Numbered from the stretch's first letter, positions 10,825 through 21,117 are shown. The stretch: DNA of 64,000 bases from Fulvimarina sp. (GCA_002700095.1 PACL01000080.1:114753-178752); one strand, 5' to 3'. Translations and numbers: made by a program. The notes: generated by a model not told the origin, from the sequence alone.

Positions 10825-12186
10825 TCATAGCGTCGCCTGCAGTTCATCCAGCCCCTTGCGGGTCGCCGCGACGATGGTGTCGACATGCTCCCGCTCGACG
10901 ATCAGCGGCGGGCAGAAGGCCAGGGCATCGCCGATCGCCCGCGAGATCACGCCGTTCGCCTGGATGAAGCCGAAGGCCTTCGCCGCCAGCGCGCCCGCCG
11001 GCTGCACGGAGGTCTTCGCCGCCTTGTCGGTGACGAGTTCGACTGCCGCGATCAGGCCGACGCCCCGCACTTCCCCGACCAGCGGGTGGTCGAGGAGGGT
11101 GCTCAGCCGCTCCTGGAAATACGGCGCCATCTCCGCCGCATGTTGCATCAGCCCCCGCTCCTCGATGATCGCCAGATTCTCCAGCGCCACCGCCGCCGCG
11201 ACGGGATGGCCCGACGCCGTATAGCCATGGCCGAAGGTGCCGATCTGCGAGGATTCGTCGGCAACGGGCTGGTAGACCCGGTCGTTGATCAAGAGCGCCG
11301 AGATCGGCAGGTAGGACGAGGACAAAGCCTTCGACAGCGTCATGATGTCCGGCTCGATCCCGTAGGTCTCGCAGCCGAAGGTCCGGCCGGTGCGGCCGAA
11401 GCCGCAGATCACCTCGTCGGCGACCAGCAGGATGTCGTGCTTCTTCAGGACCGCCTGGATCTTCTCCCAGTAGGTCTTCGGCGGCACGATGACGCCGCCG
11501 GCCCCCATCACCGGCTCGCCGATGAAGGCGGCGATCGTCTCCGGGCCCTCGGCCATGATCAGCGCCTCGAGGTCGCCGGCGCAGCGGCTGGCGAAGTCTT
11601 CCTCGCTCTCCCCCTCGCGGCCCCCCCGCCAGTAATGCGGGCAGGTCGTGTGGAGGATGCCCTCCATCGGCAGGTCGAAGGAGCGGTGGTTGTTGGGCAG
11701 GCCGGTCAGGCTGGCGGAAGCCAGCGTCACCCCGTGGTAACCCTTGATCCGGCTGATGATCTTCTTCTGGGGCTGGCCGAGCGCGTTCGAGCGATAGCGC
11801 ACCAGCTTGATCATGGTGTCGTTGGCTTCGGAGCCGGAATTGGTGAAATAGGCCTTCGACATCTTCACCGGCGCCATGGCGATCAGCTTCTCGGCAAGCT
11901 CGATCGCCGGCACATGCGACTTGTGGGTGAAGGTGTGATAGTAGTTCAGCTTCTGCATCTGCCGGCTGGCGGCGTCGGCCAGCCGCTTCTCGCCGAAGCC
12001 GATGGCCACCGACCACAGCCCCGCCATCGCCTCGATGTAGCGCTTGCCGTCGGTGTCGGTGACATGCATCCCCTCGCCGCTCTCGATCACGATCGGACCG
12101 GCCTCCTCGTGGCGGCGGGCATTGGTATAGCTGTGCATGTGATAGGCGACGTCACGCGCCTCGATCGAGTTCGGCTGCAGGGTCAT
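10825..12186 (-). CDS. class-III (omega) aminotransferase, PLP-dependent
   Basis: Motifs SGSEANDT, ADEVICGFGRTG and TLSKAL (PLP Lys). The ATG at 12186 is preceded by GGAG; the ORF is open to 12213. Confidence 0.9.
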   Translation of the reverse strand: MTLQPNSIEARDVAYHMHSYTNARRHEEAGPIVIESGEGMHVTDTDGKRYIEAMAGLWSVAIGFGEKRLADAASRQMQKLNYYHTFTHKSHVPAIELAEKLIAMAPVKMSKAYFTNSGSEANDTMIKLVRYRSNALGQPQKKIISRIKGYHGVTLASASLTGLPNNHRSFDLPMEGILHTTCPHYWRGGREGESEEDFASRCAGDLEALIMAEGPETIAAFIGEPVMGAGGVIVPPKTYWEKIQAVLKKHDILLVADEVICGFGRTGRTFGCETYGIEPDIMTLSKALSSSYLPISALLINDRVYQPVADESSQIGTFGHGYTASGHPVAAAVALENLAIIEERGLMQHAAEMAPYFQERLSTLLDHPLVGEVRGVGLIAAVELVTDKAAKTSVQPAGALAAKAFGFIQANGVISRAIGDALAFCPPLIVEREHVDTIVAATRKGLDELQATL

Positions 12187-12397
12187 CGACGAAACTCCAG
12201 GGGAGGATGGCAAGCCCGGTGCGCCGCGCGGTGCTCGGCCGCGTCCGGGGAGGATCGGCGCGCCGGCGCGACCCGTCGCATCGACTTATAGGGCCGAGCC
12301 GGACCCTCCGCCATGGCCAGGGCGCCCGACGCCGGCAGACGCTGCCTTGGGATTGTCGACGCAGGGGCGCCGGCCTGGACGGCGTGGCGTCAAGACC

Positions 12398-12550
12398 CGC
12401 GGCCTCGTCATTCCCGGCCCCCGTGCCAACACATTTGCATCTGTCGAAATGTTCTTCAGATCAGCGCCTTACGATGGAAATCGAAGACGCCTGCGCGCTA
12501 CCAGACGAGGCGCCAGCCTCGACGCGTCGACATTCTGGGCTCCGTCCCTC
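12398..12550. repeat. family 1 repeat, copy B-prime (inverted relative to copy B)
   Basis: Hairpin-like module CGGCCTCGTCATTCCCGGCCCCCGTGCC, then tail AACACATTTGCATCTGTCGAAATG...GAAATCGAAGACGCC (reverse complement of the copy A/B tail), then GACGCGTCGACATTCTGGGCTCCGTCCC. Same architecture as 36462..36640. Confidence 0.7.
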
Positions 12551-12634
12551 CAAGATTCACACATCTCAGAAGAGCTTCATCGGCAAGTCGGTGCCAAGCA
12601 GTGCCACCGTTGAAAGGATTGGCGTAACCTCACC

Positions 12635-12890
12635 GCTTCGTCATTCTCGGGCCCGTCCCGAGAATCCAGGGGCAGCCGCCGCAACATCCCCCGCCTCCGC
12701 CCTCTGCAGCTGAAGCCGCCTTCTGTAGCTGAAACGGAATGCGCCCGACGATCCCTGGATTCTCGGGACAGGGCCCGAGAATGACGACGCGTTGGGGCTG
12801 GCGCCTTCTTTTTCTCCGCCCCCGGCGTCTCCGATTTCGATCTTAAGATGCTGTCTTGGAGGAACGTTTGAAATGTGTTCACGCTTTTGG
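12635..12890. repeat. family 1 repeat, copy B
   Basis: CGTCATTCTCGGGCCCGTCCCGAGAATCCAGGGG ... CCCTGGATTCTCGGGACAGGGCCCGAGAATGACGACGCG, followed by tail TTGGGGCTGGCGCC...GATTTCGATCTTAAGATGCTGTCT...TTTGAAATGTGTT. Confidence 0.85.
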
Positions 12891-13091
12891 GCCGCGTGGC
12901 GGTAATCCAAGAGGAGCGCCTCGGACACCCGATCCTGCTAAATGAACTCTGCCGAGCCATTGCTGGCAATCATGCCCCGGACGCCGATACCGACGACGCG
13001 TCGAACCCGGCGCCTCCTCGAGGCACTCCCCGGCCGGCCGGCAACACCGCAACCTGCGCGACGCCTGCCTTACACGTCGCGCGTCATCCGC

Positions 13092-15818
13092 TCACGGCGT
13101 CTGCAGCAGCCGCTCCAGATATTCCCGCTCCTGCTGGGGCGAGAGCTGGTTGCCGAGCCGCTTGCGGATCTGGTCGAGGATGCGGCGGGCGCGCTGGGTG
13201 TCGATCTCGTCCGGCACGCCGACATCCTGGCCGAAGTCGGGTCCTTGCGTGTTGCGCTGGCGGCCGAGGGGGTCGCGGCTCGACTGGTTGGACTGCCGGC
13301 CCCCGAAGCCCGGTCCCTGCTGACCCTGGCCGGGCTGCTGGCCCTGCTGCATCGCCTGCTGCATCTGCTGCATCATGTCCTGAGCGCCGCGCCGCAGCGC
13401 CTCCAGCGCCTTGCCCTGGTGGCCGAAGGCCTCACCGTCGCGGCCCTCGCCGAGCGAGCCCTCGGCGTTGCCCATCTCCTTGCCGGCCTCCCCGAACTCC
13501 TGGGAGGGATGCATGCCCATGCCCTCGAGCTCCTTGCCCATGGCCTCCAGCTCCTGCTGCAGCTGGCCCTGCTGCTTCTGGAGCTCCTTCAGCATCTCCT
13601 GCATCTGTTCGGCGGTCATCTCGCCGCCCGGCTGCTGGCCGCCCTCCTGGCCCTGCTGCTGCTGCCCCTGCTCGCCCTGCTGTTGCTGGCCCTGCTGACC
13701 CTGCTGCTGCTGGCCTTCCTGCTGGCGCCGATACTGCTGGCGCCCGAGGTCGTAGGTCTGGTCGCGCAGCTGCTGCTGGCGCTGCAGCAGTTCGCCCATC
13801 TTGTTCATCTGCTGCTGCATCGGGTTCTGCTGACCCTGCTGCCCTTGCTGCTGCTGGCCGGGCCGCATCGCCTGCAGATTGTCCATCATCTGCTGCAGTT
13901 CCGACAACAGCTGCTGGGCGGCGTCCTTCGAGCCGGACTTCGCCAGGTCCTCGATCCGGTCGAGCATCTTCTGCAGGTCCTGCGGCCGGATCTCCTGCAG
14001 GTTCTGCGCCTGCATCTCCTGCTGGCTCATCGGCGGCATGTTCTGCATCTGCTCGGCGAGCGCCTGCATGTATTCCTGCATCGCCTCGCGCAGCTCCTGC
14101 ATGAGCCGGTCGATCTCCTCGTTCGACGCGCCATTCTCCAGCGCCTCGGCGAGCTCTTCCCGCGCGTCCCTGAGGCGGCGCTCGGCGAGCGACAGGTCGC
14201 CGTCCTCGATGCCGAGGGCGATCTCCCACATGAAGTCGGCGGCCGAGCGCAGCGTGTCGTCGTCGCGGGCCGTGGCGATGCGGGTCCGCACGGCCTTCAG
14301 CGCCAGATAATCGGACGGGTTGGGGATGAACTCGTCGCCGCGCAGCGTCACCGCGTCGAGCATGTCGACGACGCGCCCCGCCCGGTTGGCGTCGAGGGCG
14401 AGAATGCGGCGCTGCTCGACCACGGCCTTGGCCAGCGGATTGAGGAAGCGGCGCTCGGGCAGCGTGATCGCCTTGGTCTCGGACCGCCCGGTCTGGCCGG
14501 CATCGTCCTCGGCCAGCAGGGTGAGCGCCACCTTTGCCCCGGCATAGGGGCTTTCTGTCAGGTCGACGCTGGATTTCGCCTCGGCCTTGCCATTGCCGCG
14601 TCGCGGCACCGAAAGCCGGATCTCCGGCGCCGGGTAGAGCGGCCGCGCCCCGGTCTCGCCCGCACCCTCCAGGGCGATCTCGCCGCGCGCCTTGCGCACG
14701 CCGTAGTCGTCGGAGGCCTCATAGGCGAGCTGCAGCGCGCCGTTCTTGGCCTCGCTCGGCTCCTGGGTGAAGGCGATCGTCGGATCGTTGTCCGCGATGA
14801 CGTCGAAGCGCCACGCGCCGAGCGTGGAGAAACTCGTGGCCACGTCGAGCGATCCGCCCTCGGCGATCGTGTATTCGTAGTCGCGCGGGCCGCCGGCGGG
14901 AGGCTCGGCACCGGCCTGGGCCTCGGTCTCGGGAGCCGTGCCGGTCGTCGTCCGCGCTTCACCCGCTGCCGTCTCCGCTGAAGCCGGCTGTTCTGCAACC
15001 TCGGCAGCGGCCTTGGCGGCCGCAACCTCCGCCGTCGAGGGAACCTCGCTCGCCGCGGCGCCCTCGCGCACCGGCTGGAAGGTCACGTCGACATTGTCGC
15101 CGTCGCTGATGCGCAGGGAAAACACCGATCCTTCCGGGACGGTGATCGGCGAGGTGTCGGCGGCAGAGAGGAAGATCGGCGCGCGCCGCGTATAGGCCGG
15201 CGGCGTCACCCAGGCATCGACGCGGCGGCCGGCCGAAGCTTCCGTCACCGGCTGCAGGAAGGCATCGCCGATTCGCCCGCCATCCGGGCCGAAGGAAAAG
15301 CCGAAGGCCGTCACCAGCAACAGCGCGACGACAGCCCGCAGGCCGATCGGATCGAGCCGCTCGCTGCGGGTCTCGGGCGCACCGCCGGCGAGATGCTTCA
15401 GCTCGCGCTCCATGCGCCGCTGGTGCTCGCGCCACAGCGCCTGCGCGAAGGGATCGTCGCTCGCCGGGCGCTCGCCCTGGGTCCGCAGCGGCTGGTGATG
15501 GAGGCGGCTGGTCGATTCGATCCGCCGGTCGACCTCGAGCCTGGACGGCACGCGCAGCCGGCGCGGGCCGACGGCGAGCATGCCCAGCGACAGGATCGCC
15601 AGGATCGCGATCAGGCCGACCACGCCGAGACGCAGGAGATCCGGCATCATCCGGAAGAGGCCGAACCAGGCCAGCGAGACGAACAGCGCGCCAGCGCAGG
15701 CAAAGCCGAGGATCGCCGGCCAGGAGCGCTCGAGCAGCATCGCGGCGAAGGTCGCCCGGCGCGTCCATCCGAGCCCCCGGGTCGGCTGCCATTCCTGTGC
15801 CGCGCCGCTCTCAGCCAT
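13092..15818 (-). CDS. TIGR02302 / DUF4175-type alphaproteobacterial membrane protein with Gln/Gly-rich low-complexity region
   Basis: 908 aa. N-terminal TM helices (LGFACAGALFVSLAWFGLF, VVGLIAILAILSLGML), a long extracytoplasmic body, and a C-terminal QQQGQQGQQ...GEQGQQQQGQEGGQQ tract. It lies next to lysA, as in many Rhizobiales (recollection). Confidence 0.8.
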   Translation of the reverse strand: MAESGAAQEWQPTRGLGWTRRATFAAMLLERSWPAILGFACAGALFVSLAWFGLFRMMPDLLRLGVVGLIAILAILSLGMLAVGPRRLRVPSRLEVDRRIESTSRLHHQPLRTQGERPASDDPFAQALWREHQRRMERELKHLAGGAPETRSERLDPIGLRAVVALLLVTAFGFSFGPDGGRIGDAFLQPVTEASAGRRVDAWVTPPAYTRRAPIFLSAADTSPITVPEGSVFSLRISDGDNVDVTFQPVREGAAASEVPSTAEVAAAKAAAEVAEQPASAETAAGEARTTTGTAPETEAQAGAEPPAGGPRDYEYTIAEGGSLDVATSFSTLGAWRFDVIADNDPTIAFTQEPSEAKNGALQLAYEASDDYGVRKARGEIALEGAGETGARPLYPAPEIRLSVPRRGNGKAEAKSSVDLTESPYAGAKVALTLLAEDDAGQTGRSETKAITLPERRFLNPLAKAVVEQRRILALDANRAGRVVDMLDAVTLRGDEFIPNPSDYLALKAVRTRIATARDDDTLRSAADFMWEIALGIEDGDLSLAERRLRDAREELAEALENGASNEEIDRLMQELREAMQEYMQALAEQMQNMPPMSQQEMQAQNLQEIRPQDLQKMLDRIEDLAKSGSKDAAQQLLSELQQMMDNLQAMRPGQQQQGQQGQQNPMQQQMNKMGELLQRQQQLRDQTYDLGRQQYRRQQEGQQQQGQQGQQQQGEQGQQQQGQEGGQQPGGEMTAEQMQEMLKELQKQQGQLQQELEAMGKELEGMGMHPSQEFGEAGKEMGNAEGSLGEGRDGEAFGHQGKALEALRRGAQDMMQQMQQAMQQGQQPGQGQQGPGFGGRQSNQSSRDPLGRQRNTQGPDFGQDVGVPDEIDTQRARRILDQIRKRLGNQLSPQQEREYLERLLQTP

Positions 15819-16030
15819 GCCCTGCCCCGTCTTGCGCCATCAAGCGCCAACCCTAGCAGGATTTGAGGCGAAGTGGAGGCGCCTGACGGGACTGTGAAGA
15901 GGCCGTGCGGTCAGTGGGTTGCGGGTGGTGGATGCGGATGCCGCAACCGCGCCCGCCCTGATCGACCGCGCCTCAGCCTGCCCTGCCTCCTCCATCGGGA
16001 TCCAAGCGACCTCCGCCTCGGACGCGAACC

Positions 16031-17305
16031 CTACGCCGCCCCGTCCAGCCAGTCCGGCAAGCGGTCGAGACCGACCAGTTCATCGATGGTCTGGCGCGGC
16101 CGCACCAGGGCGTAGGATGCACCCTTCACCAGCACCTCGGCGACGAGCGGCCGGGTGTTGTAGGTCGAGGACTGCACCGCGCCATAGGCGCCGGCCGAGG
16201 AGACGGTGACGAGATCGCCGGGCTTCACCCGCGGCATGTCACGGTCCTTGGCGAGGAAGTCGCCGCTCTCGCAGACCGGGCCGACGACATCCACCTTGAA
16301 GCGCTCATCGTCCGCCGGCTCGACGACCGGCGAGATATCGTGCCACGCGTCGTAGAGGGTCGGGCGGATCAGGTCGTTCATCGCCGCGTCGAGGATCACG
16401 AAGGTCTTGCCCTCGGTCTCCTTCACGTAGAGCACCCGCGAGACCAGGATGCCGGCATTGGCCGCGATCAGCCGCCCCGGCTCGAACACCACCTGGCAGC
16501 CGAGGTCGCGCACGTGCCGCTTGACGATCTCGGCATAGGCCGGCGGCTCCGGCGGCGGCTGGTTGTCGCGCCGGTAGGGCACGCCGAGGCCGCCACCGAG
16601 ATCGACATGGCTGATCGGATGGCCCTTGCCGCGCAGCGTGCGCACCAGCGTGGCGAGGCGGTCGAAGGCCCGGTCGAAGGGCTCCAGCGCCTCGATCTGG
16701 CTGCCGATATGCATGTCGATGCCGGTGACGGCGATGCCGGGGAGCGCCCGCGCCCGCTCGTAGACCGCTTCGGCCCGGTCGTAGGCGATGCCGAACTTGT
16801 CGGACTTCTTGCCCGTCGAGATCTTGGCGTGGCCGCCGGCGTCGACGTCGGGATTGATCCGGAACGAGACGTTGGCGGTGAGCCCCGCCTCGCTCGCCCT
16901 CGCCGAGATCGCCTCGAGCTCGGGCTCGGATTCAACGTTGAAGCAGAAGATGCCCGAGGCGAGCGCGACGTCGATCTCGGCGACGGTCTTGCCGACGCCG
17001 GAGAACATGATCTTCTCGGCCGGGATGCCCGCCCTCAGCGCCCGGATCAGCTCGCCGCCGGAGACGACGTCGGCGCCGGCGCCGAGCCGGCCGAGGGTCG
17101 CCAGCACCGCCTGGTTCGAATTCGCCTTCACGGCATAGCAGACCAGCGCGTCGATGTCGGCGAAGGCGTCGGCGAAGACGCGGTAGTGCCGCTCGAGCGT
17201 TGCCGTCGAGTAGCAGTAGAACGGTGTTCCGACCTCGGCCGCGATGGTCTCGACCGGCACGTCCTCGGCGTGGAGCCTGCCGTCCCGGAATTCGAAATGG
17301 TTCAT
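16031..17305 (-). CDS. lysA: diaminopimelate decarboxylase
   Basis: 424 aa. Motifs YAVKANSN (PLP Lys), DLGGGLGVPY, CESGD. Confidence 0.95.
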   Translation of the reverse strand: MNHFEFRDGRLHAEDVPVETIAAEVGTPFYCYSTATLERHYRVFADAFADIDALVCYAVKANSNQAVLATLGRLGAGADVVSGGELIRALRAGIPAEKIMFSGVGKTVAEIDVALASGIFCFNVESEPELEAISARASEAGLTANVSFRINPDVDAGGHAKISTGKKSDKFGIAYDRAEAVYERARALPGIAVTGIDMHIGSQIEALEPFDRAFDRLATLVRTLRGKGHPISHVDLGGGLGVPYRRDNQPPPEPPAYAEIVKRHVRDLGCQVVFEPGRLIAANAGILVSRVLYVKETEGKTFVILDAAMNDLIRPTLYDAWHDISPVVEPADDERFKVDVVGPVCESGDFLAKDRDMPRVKPGDLVTVSSAGAYGAVQSSTYNTRPLVAEVLVKGASYALVRPRQTIDELVGLDRLPDWLDGAA

Positions 17306-17309
17306 GACG

Positions 17310-17588
17310 TCAATTCAGCAGGGGATCGAGGACGAAGGGTTTCGCCGGAGCCTTGTTCCGCGAAACCTCTGCGGCGCTGATCGAAAGGTTCTTGTTCGAA
17401 GCGGTCAGGGAGGTCGGCTTCAGGAGCCCGGCCGTGTCGCGGCTGTTGGTCCGGCTCTGCGACGCCGCCACGACCGGGGGCACTTCCCCCGTGGTCGGGC
17501 CGACCGGCAGGTTCTTCACGCCGCATCCGGCCAGAAGGCTCAAGGCTAGAAGGCTCGCAGATAGCAGTTTCACGGATCGCTCTCTCAT
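17310..17588 (-). CDS. small lipoprotein (LptM/YifL-like)
   Basis: 92 aa, MRERSVKLLSASLLALSLLAGCGVKNLP (lipobox LAGC). It sits directly upstream of lysA, the usual position of lptM/lppL-type genes. It is hidden in the tail of the long artefactual ORF 17310..19544. Confidence 0.6.
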   Translation of the reverse strand: MRERSVKLLSASLLALSLLAGCGVKNLPVGPTTGEVPPVVAASQSRTNSRDTAGLLKPTSLTASNKNLSISAAEVSRNKAPAKPFVLDPLLN

Positions 17589-17674
17589 TGCCGGATGCCG
17601 CGCGCTCCCCGCGCCCTGGCCGATCATCGGCACGGTGATAGCGGTTTCCCGCCGCAAAAGCATCCGCTCATGGC

Positions 17675-19078
17675 TCATTTTCCCTCGGTTGCGAGGCGCT
17701 GTCGCCAGTAGGACACTTGTTCGCGGACATTGTCCGGCGCGGTGCCGCCGAAACTCCGGCGGCTGCGCACCGACGCATCGACGCCGAGCACCCCGTAGAC
17801 GCTCGCATCGATCCGGCTGTCGAGGGATTTCAAAACGTCCAGCGGCAGGTCCTCCAGCCCGACGCCGGAGCTCTCCGCCAGCGACACCGCCCGCCCGGTT
17901 ACGTGATGGGCCTCGCGGAACGGCAGCCCCGCCTCGCGCACCAGATAGTCGGCAAGGTCCGTGGCGGTGGAAAAACCGTGGCCGGCGGCCTTGCGCATCG
18001 CCTCGACGTTCACCGTAAGGTCGCGGATCATGCCGGTCGCGGCGGCCAGCGCCAGCGCCAGCGAATCGATCGCGTCGAAGACCTGTTCCTTGTCCTCCTG
18101 CATGTCCTTGGAATAGGTCAGCGGCAGGCCCTTCATCACCGTCAGGAGCGAGACCAGCGCGCCGTTGATCCGGCCGGGCTTGGCCCGCACCAGCTCGGCG
18201 GCGTCGGGATTGCGCTTCTGCGGCATGATCGAGGAGCCCGTCGAAAACGCGTCCGACAGCCGGACGAAGCCGAATTGCGGCGTCGACCAGATGACGATCT
18301 CCTCGGCGAGCCGCGACAGGTGGGTGGCGCAGATCGCCGCGACCGACAGGAATTCCAGCGCGAAGTCGTGGTCGGACACCGTGTCGAGGGAATTGCGCGT
18401 CGGCGTCGAGAAGCCGAGAGCGGCCGCCGTCCTGTGGCGGTCGATGGCAAAGCCCGTGCCGGCCAGCGCGGCGGCGCCCAGCGGGTTCTCGTCGAGGCGC
18501 TTCAGCGCGTCGCGGCAGCGCGAACGGTCGCGCGCCGCCATTTCCACATAGGCGAGGCAGTGATGGCCGTAGGTGACCGGCTGGGCGACCTGCAGATGGG
18601 TGAAGCCCGGCATGACGGTCTCGGCATGGGCCTCGGCCTTGTCGAGCAGCGCCGCGATGAACTCGCCGAGCTTGGCCTCCAGCGCCTGGAAAGCCGCCCG
18701 CACATGCATGCGAAAGTCCAGCGCCACCTGGTCGTTGCGCGAGCGCGCCGTGTGGAGCCGGCCGGCGGCCGGGCCGATCAGCTCGGCCAAGCGCTGCTCG
18801 ATATTCATGTGGATGTCCTCGAGCCGTCGCGAGAACGTGAACGTGCCCGCCTCGATCTCGGCCTCGATCTTCGCCAGACCATCGACGATCAGGGCGGCAT
18901 CTTCCGCTGCGATGATGCCCTGCGCCCCGAGCATTTCGGCATGGGCCTTGGAACCGGCGATGTCCTCGCGGTAAAGCCGCTTGTCGAAATCGATCGAGGC
19001 GTTGATCTCCTCCATGATCGCGTCGGGGCCGGAGGCGAAGCGTCCGCCCCACATCTCGTTGCTGGTTTTCTGGCTCAT
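17675..19078 (-). CDS. argH: argininosuccinate lyase
   Basis: 467 aa. Contains the fumarate-lyase signature [12 protein letters not shown]. Confidence 0.97.
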   Translation of the reverse strand: MSQKTSNEMWGGRFASGPDAIMEEINASIDFDKRLYREDIAGSKAHAEMLGAQGIIAAEDAALIVDGLAKIEAEIEAGTFTFSRRLEDIHMNIEQRLAELIGPAAGRLHTARSRNDQVALDFRMHVRAAFQALEAKLGEFIAALLDKAEAHAETVMPGFTHLQVAQPVTYGHHCLAYVEMAARDRSRCRDALKRLDENPLGAAALAGTGFAIDRHRTAAALGFSTPTRNSLDTVSDHDFALEFLSVAAICATHLSRLAEEIVIWSTPQFGFVRLSDAFSTGSSIMPQKRNPDAAELVRAKPGRINGALVSLLTVMKGLPLTYSKDMQEDKEQVFDAIDSLALALAAATGMIRDLTVNVEAMRKAAGHGFSTATDLADYLVREAGLPFREAHHVTGRAVSLAESSGVGLEDLPLDVLKSLDSRIDASVYGVLGVDASVRSRRSFGGTAPDNVREQVSYWRQRLATEGK

Positions 19079-19110
19079 CGGTACCGTCTGGACGAAGGAG
19101 TGATCGAAGA

Positions 19111-19824
19111 ATGACGCAGGAACGTTCCAGGGGGTCTGGCAAGCGCCTCGCCGCGATCGCGGGTCTGGCGCTGGTCCTCGGCATCGGCGCAGGCGTCGGC
19201 GTGCTATACGTGAGCGAAACCGGGTCTGGCAACGCGGTCGCCTCGTCCTGCCCGCTGGACGAGACCTTCACCGCCGCGATCGACGCGACCGCGAGCGGCG
19301 AGGTCGCGGCCGTGCGGGCGTTGGAGACCCCCTTCGACGCGCGGACCATCGCCTTCCAGGATGAAGCCGGCAAGACCGTCTCCCTCGCCGACTTCGCCGG
19401 ACGCACGCTCCTCGTCAATGTCTGGGCGACCTGGTGCGGCCCCTGCCGGGCCGAGATGCCGGCCCTCGACACGCTGGAACGGACCAAGGGCGGCGACGAT
19501 TTCGCCGTGGTTCCGATCAGCGTCGACATGGGCGACATCGCCAAGCCGAAGCAGTTCTATGCCGAGACGAACCTCTCCACCCTGCCGCTCTATCACGACG
19601 GCTCGCTCTCGACCTTCAACGACCTGAAATCCAAGGGCCTCACCCTCGGCCTGCCGGTGTCGCTGATCGTCGCGCCGGACGGCTGCGCCAGGGCGGTCGT
19701 CGCCGGGCCCGCCGAATGGGCGAGCCCCGACGCGCTGCGCCTGATCGAGGCGGTGACGGCGGTGGAACCGGCGACTGGGGCGGCGACGGGGACAGCGACG
19801 GGCGCTGACAAAGTCGGCGCCTAA
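19111..19824 (+). CDS. tlpA: TlpA-family periplasmic thiol:disulfide oxidoreductase
   Basis: 237 aa. N-terminal anchor, WATWCGPC active site, divergent from argH. Confidence 0.85.
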   Translation: MTQERSRGSGKRLAAIAGLALVLGIGAGVGVLYVSETGSGNAVASSCPLDETFTAAIDATASGEVAAVRALETPFDARTIAFQDEAGKTVSLADFAGRTLLVNVWATWCGPCRAEMPALDTLERTKGGDDFAVVPISVDMGDIAKPKQFYAETNLSTLPLYHDGSLSTFNDLKSKGLTLGLPVSLIVAPDGCARAVVAGPAEWASPDALRLIEAVTAVEPATGAATGTATGADKVGA

Positions 19825-20285
19825 CTCTCCTGACGCTGGCGCGGCTGATCGGCCGCCGCGGCCACCGCGTCGCGCAGCGCCCGAACTTCGCCGTTCAGCG
19901 CCTGCAGCCGCTCCGGCGACATCGCCGAGGCGGCGACGAGGCGCTCGCCGATGCGGCGCGTGACGCTGCGGACCGCCCGGCCCTCCCCGGTCAGCGTCAC
20001 CAGCACCTGCCGCTCGTCGCTCGGATTGCGCTGGCGGGTCAGGAGGCCGGCCGTCTCGAGCCGCTTGACCAGCGGCGTGATGGTGCTGGATTCCAGCGCC
20101 AGCCGCTCGGCGATCGTGCCGATGGTCAGGCCGTCCTCCTCCCACAGCGTGCCGAGGACGAGATATTGCGGATAGGTGATCCCGGCCTCGTCCAGCACCG
20201 GCTTGTAGAGCCGCCCGATCGCCATCGAGGCGCCATAGAGGGCGAAGCAGAGATGATCGTCCAACGATAGTCCGGTCTCGGTCAT
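19821..20285 (-). CDS. ohrR: MarR-family regulator, OhrR-like
   Basis: 154 aa. Sensing Cys near the N-terminus (DDHLCFALY), a MarR wHTH, divergent from ohr. Confidence 0.85.
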   Translation of the reverse strand: MTETGLSLDDHLCFALYGASMAIGRLYKPVLDEAGITYPQYLVLGTLWEEDGLTIGTIAERLALESSTITPLVKRLETAGLLTRQRNPSDERQVLVTLTGEGRAVRSVTRRIGERLVAASAMSPERLQALNGEVRALRDAVAAAADQPRQRQES

Positions 20286-20288
20286 GAT

Positions 20289-20346
20289 GTCTCGGTCTCA
20301 GCGTCTCGCGGTCTCGGTGTCTCGGTGTCTCGCGGTTTCGGTCGGT
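20289..20346. repeat. octanucleotide microsatellite (GTCTCGGT/GTCTCGCG x ~7) in the ohrR leader
   Basis: Sequence gtctcggtctcagcgtctcgcggtctcggtgtctcggtgtctcgcggtttcggtcggtcg begins 4 nt upstream of the ohrR start codon. Confidence 0.8.
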
Positions 20347-20467
20347 CGCGGCGCCGCGTGGCGGCCGGGGGCGGCTGGAGGGCAGCTGCTGGCCCAGAGA
20401 GGCGAAACCGGTCCCGCCTCCGGATCATATGGGATGCGTCAGGGACAATAGCACCTCGCGCGATCAA

Positions 20468-20530
20468 TTATCACGATAATGTATATGGACACGAGCCGCT
20501 GTCGGCCCTAGATATTTCTTATCGTGATAA
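20468..20530. promoter_or_regulatory. putative OhrR operator pair in the AT-rich ohrR-ohr intergenic region
   Basis: Two 12-bp palindromes, TTATCACGATAA (20468..20479) and TTATCGTGATAA (20519..20530), lie in the only AT-rich stretch. The second is about 30 bp upstream of the ohr ATG. Confidence 0.6.
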
Positions 20531-20560
20531 AAGATATCGCAGCTCACAAGGAGATCCGAC

Positions 20561-20986
20561 ATGCCCGTTGACGTCATCTACAAGACCACCGCCACCTCGA
20601 CCGGCGGCCGCGACGGCGCCGCCCGCTCCGACGATGGTTCGGTGGACGTGAAGCTCGTCGTGCCGAAGGAGATGGGCGGCCCCGGCGGCGTCGGCGCCAA
20701 CCCCGAGAAGCTGTTCGCGGCCGGCTATTCCGCCTGCTTCCTCGGCGCCATGAAGGCGGTCTCCTCCAAGGTCGGCGTCAAGGTTCCCGCCGATGCGACG
20801 GTCACCGCCGAAGTCGGCTTCGGCCCCCGCTCGGAAGGCGGCTACGGCATCACCGCCCATCTCACGGCGACGCTTCCCGGCGTCGACCGGGAGGCCGGCG
20901 AAAAGCTCATGGCCGCAGCGCATGAGGTGTGCCCCTATTCCAACGCCACCCGTGGCAATGTCGATGTCGGCCTGACGCTCGCCTGA
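20561..20986 (+). CDS. ohr: organic hydroperoxide resistance protein Ohr
   Basis: 141 aa. Catalytic Cys motifs AAGYSACF and HEVCPYSNA. Confidence 0.95.
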   Translation: MPVDVIYKTTATSTGGRDGAARSDDGSVDVKLVVPKEMGGPGGVGANPEKLFAAGYSACFLGAMKAVSSKVGVKVPADATVTAEVGFGPRSEGGYGITAHLTATLPGVDREAGEKLMAAAHEVCPYSNATRGNVDVGLTLA

Positions 20987-21117
20987 CGCGGCTGAACCGC
21001 ATGGCTCTTGGAAGTCTGAGGAGCAGGGCGCGGCGCCCGCAAGGCTGCCGCGCTCTCACGCCTGTTGCCCGCGCAGAGTGGGGGGACTACATTTCCGGCC
21101 GATCCGGAGACAACGCG

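Noticed and set aside
12942-14981. 679-aa plus-strand ORF, extremely Leu-rich (LLLLPLLALLLLALL...)
   Set aside because: It is the antisense image of the CAG-rich (Gln) tract of the TIGR02302 gene. It has no start context and no domains. The opposite strand encodes a recognisable conserved protein.
17310-19544. 744-aa minus-strand ORF spanning argH in an alternative frame
   Set aside because: Only its last 92 codons (17310..17588) look like a real gene, the lipoprotein with a lipobox. The rest is an out-of-frame shadow of argH and of the tlpA antisense strand.
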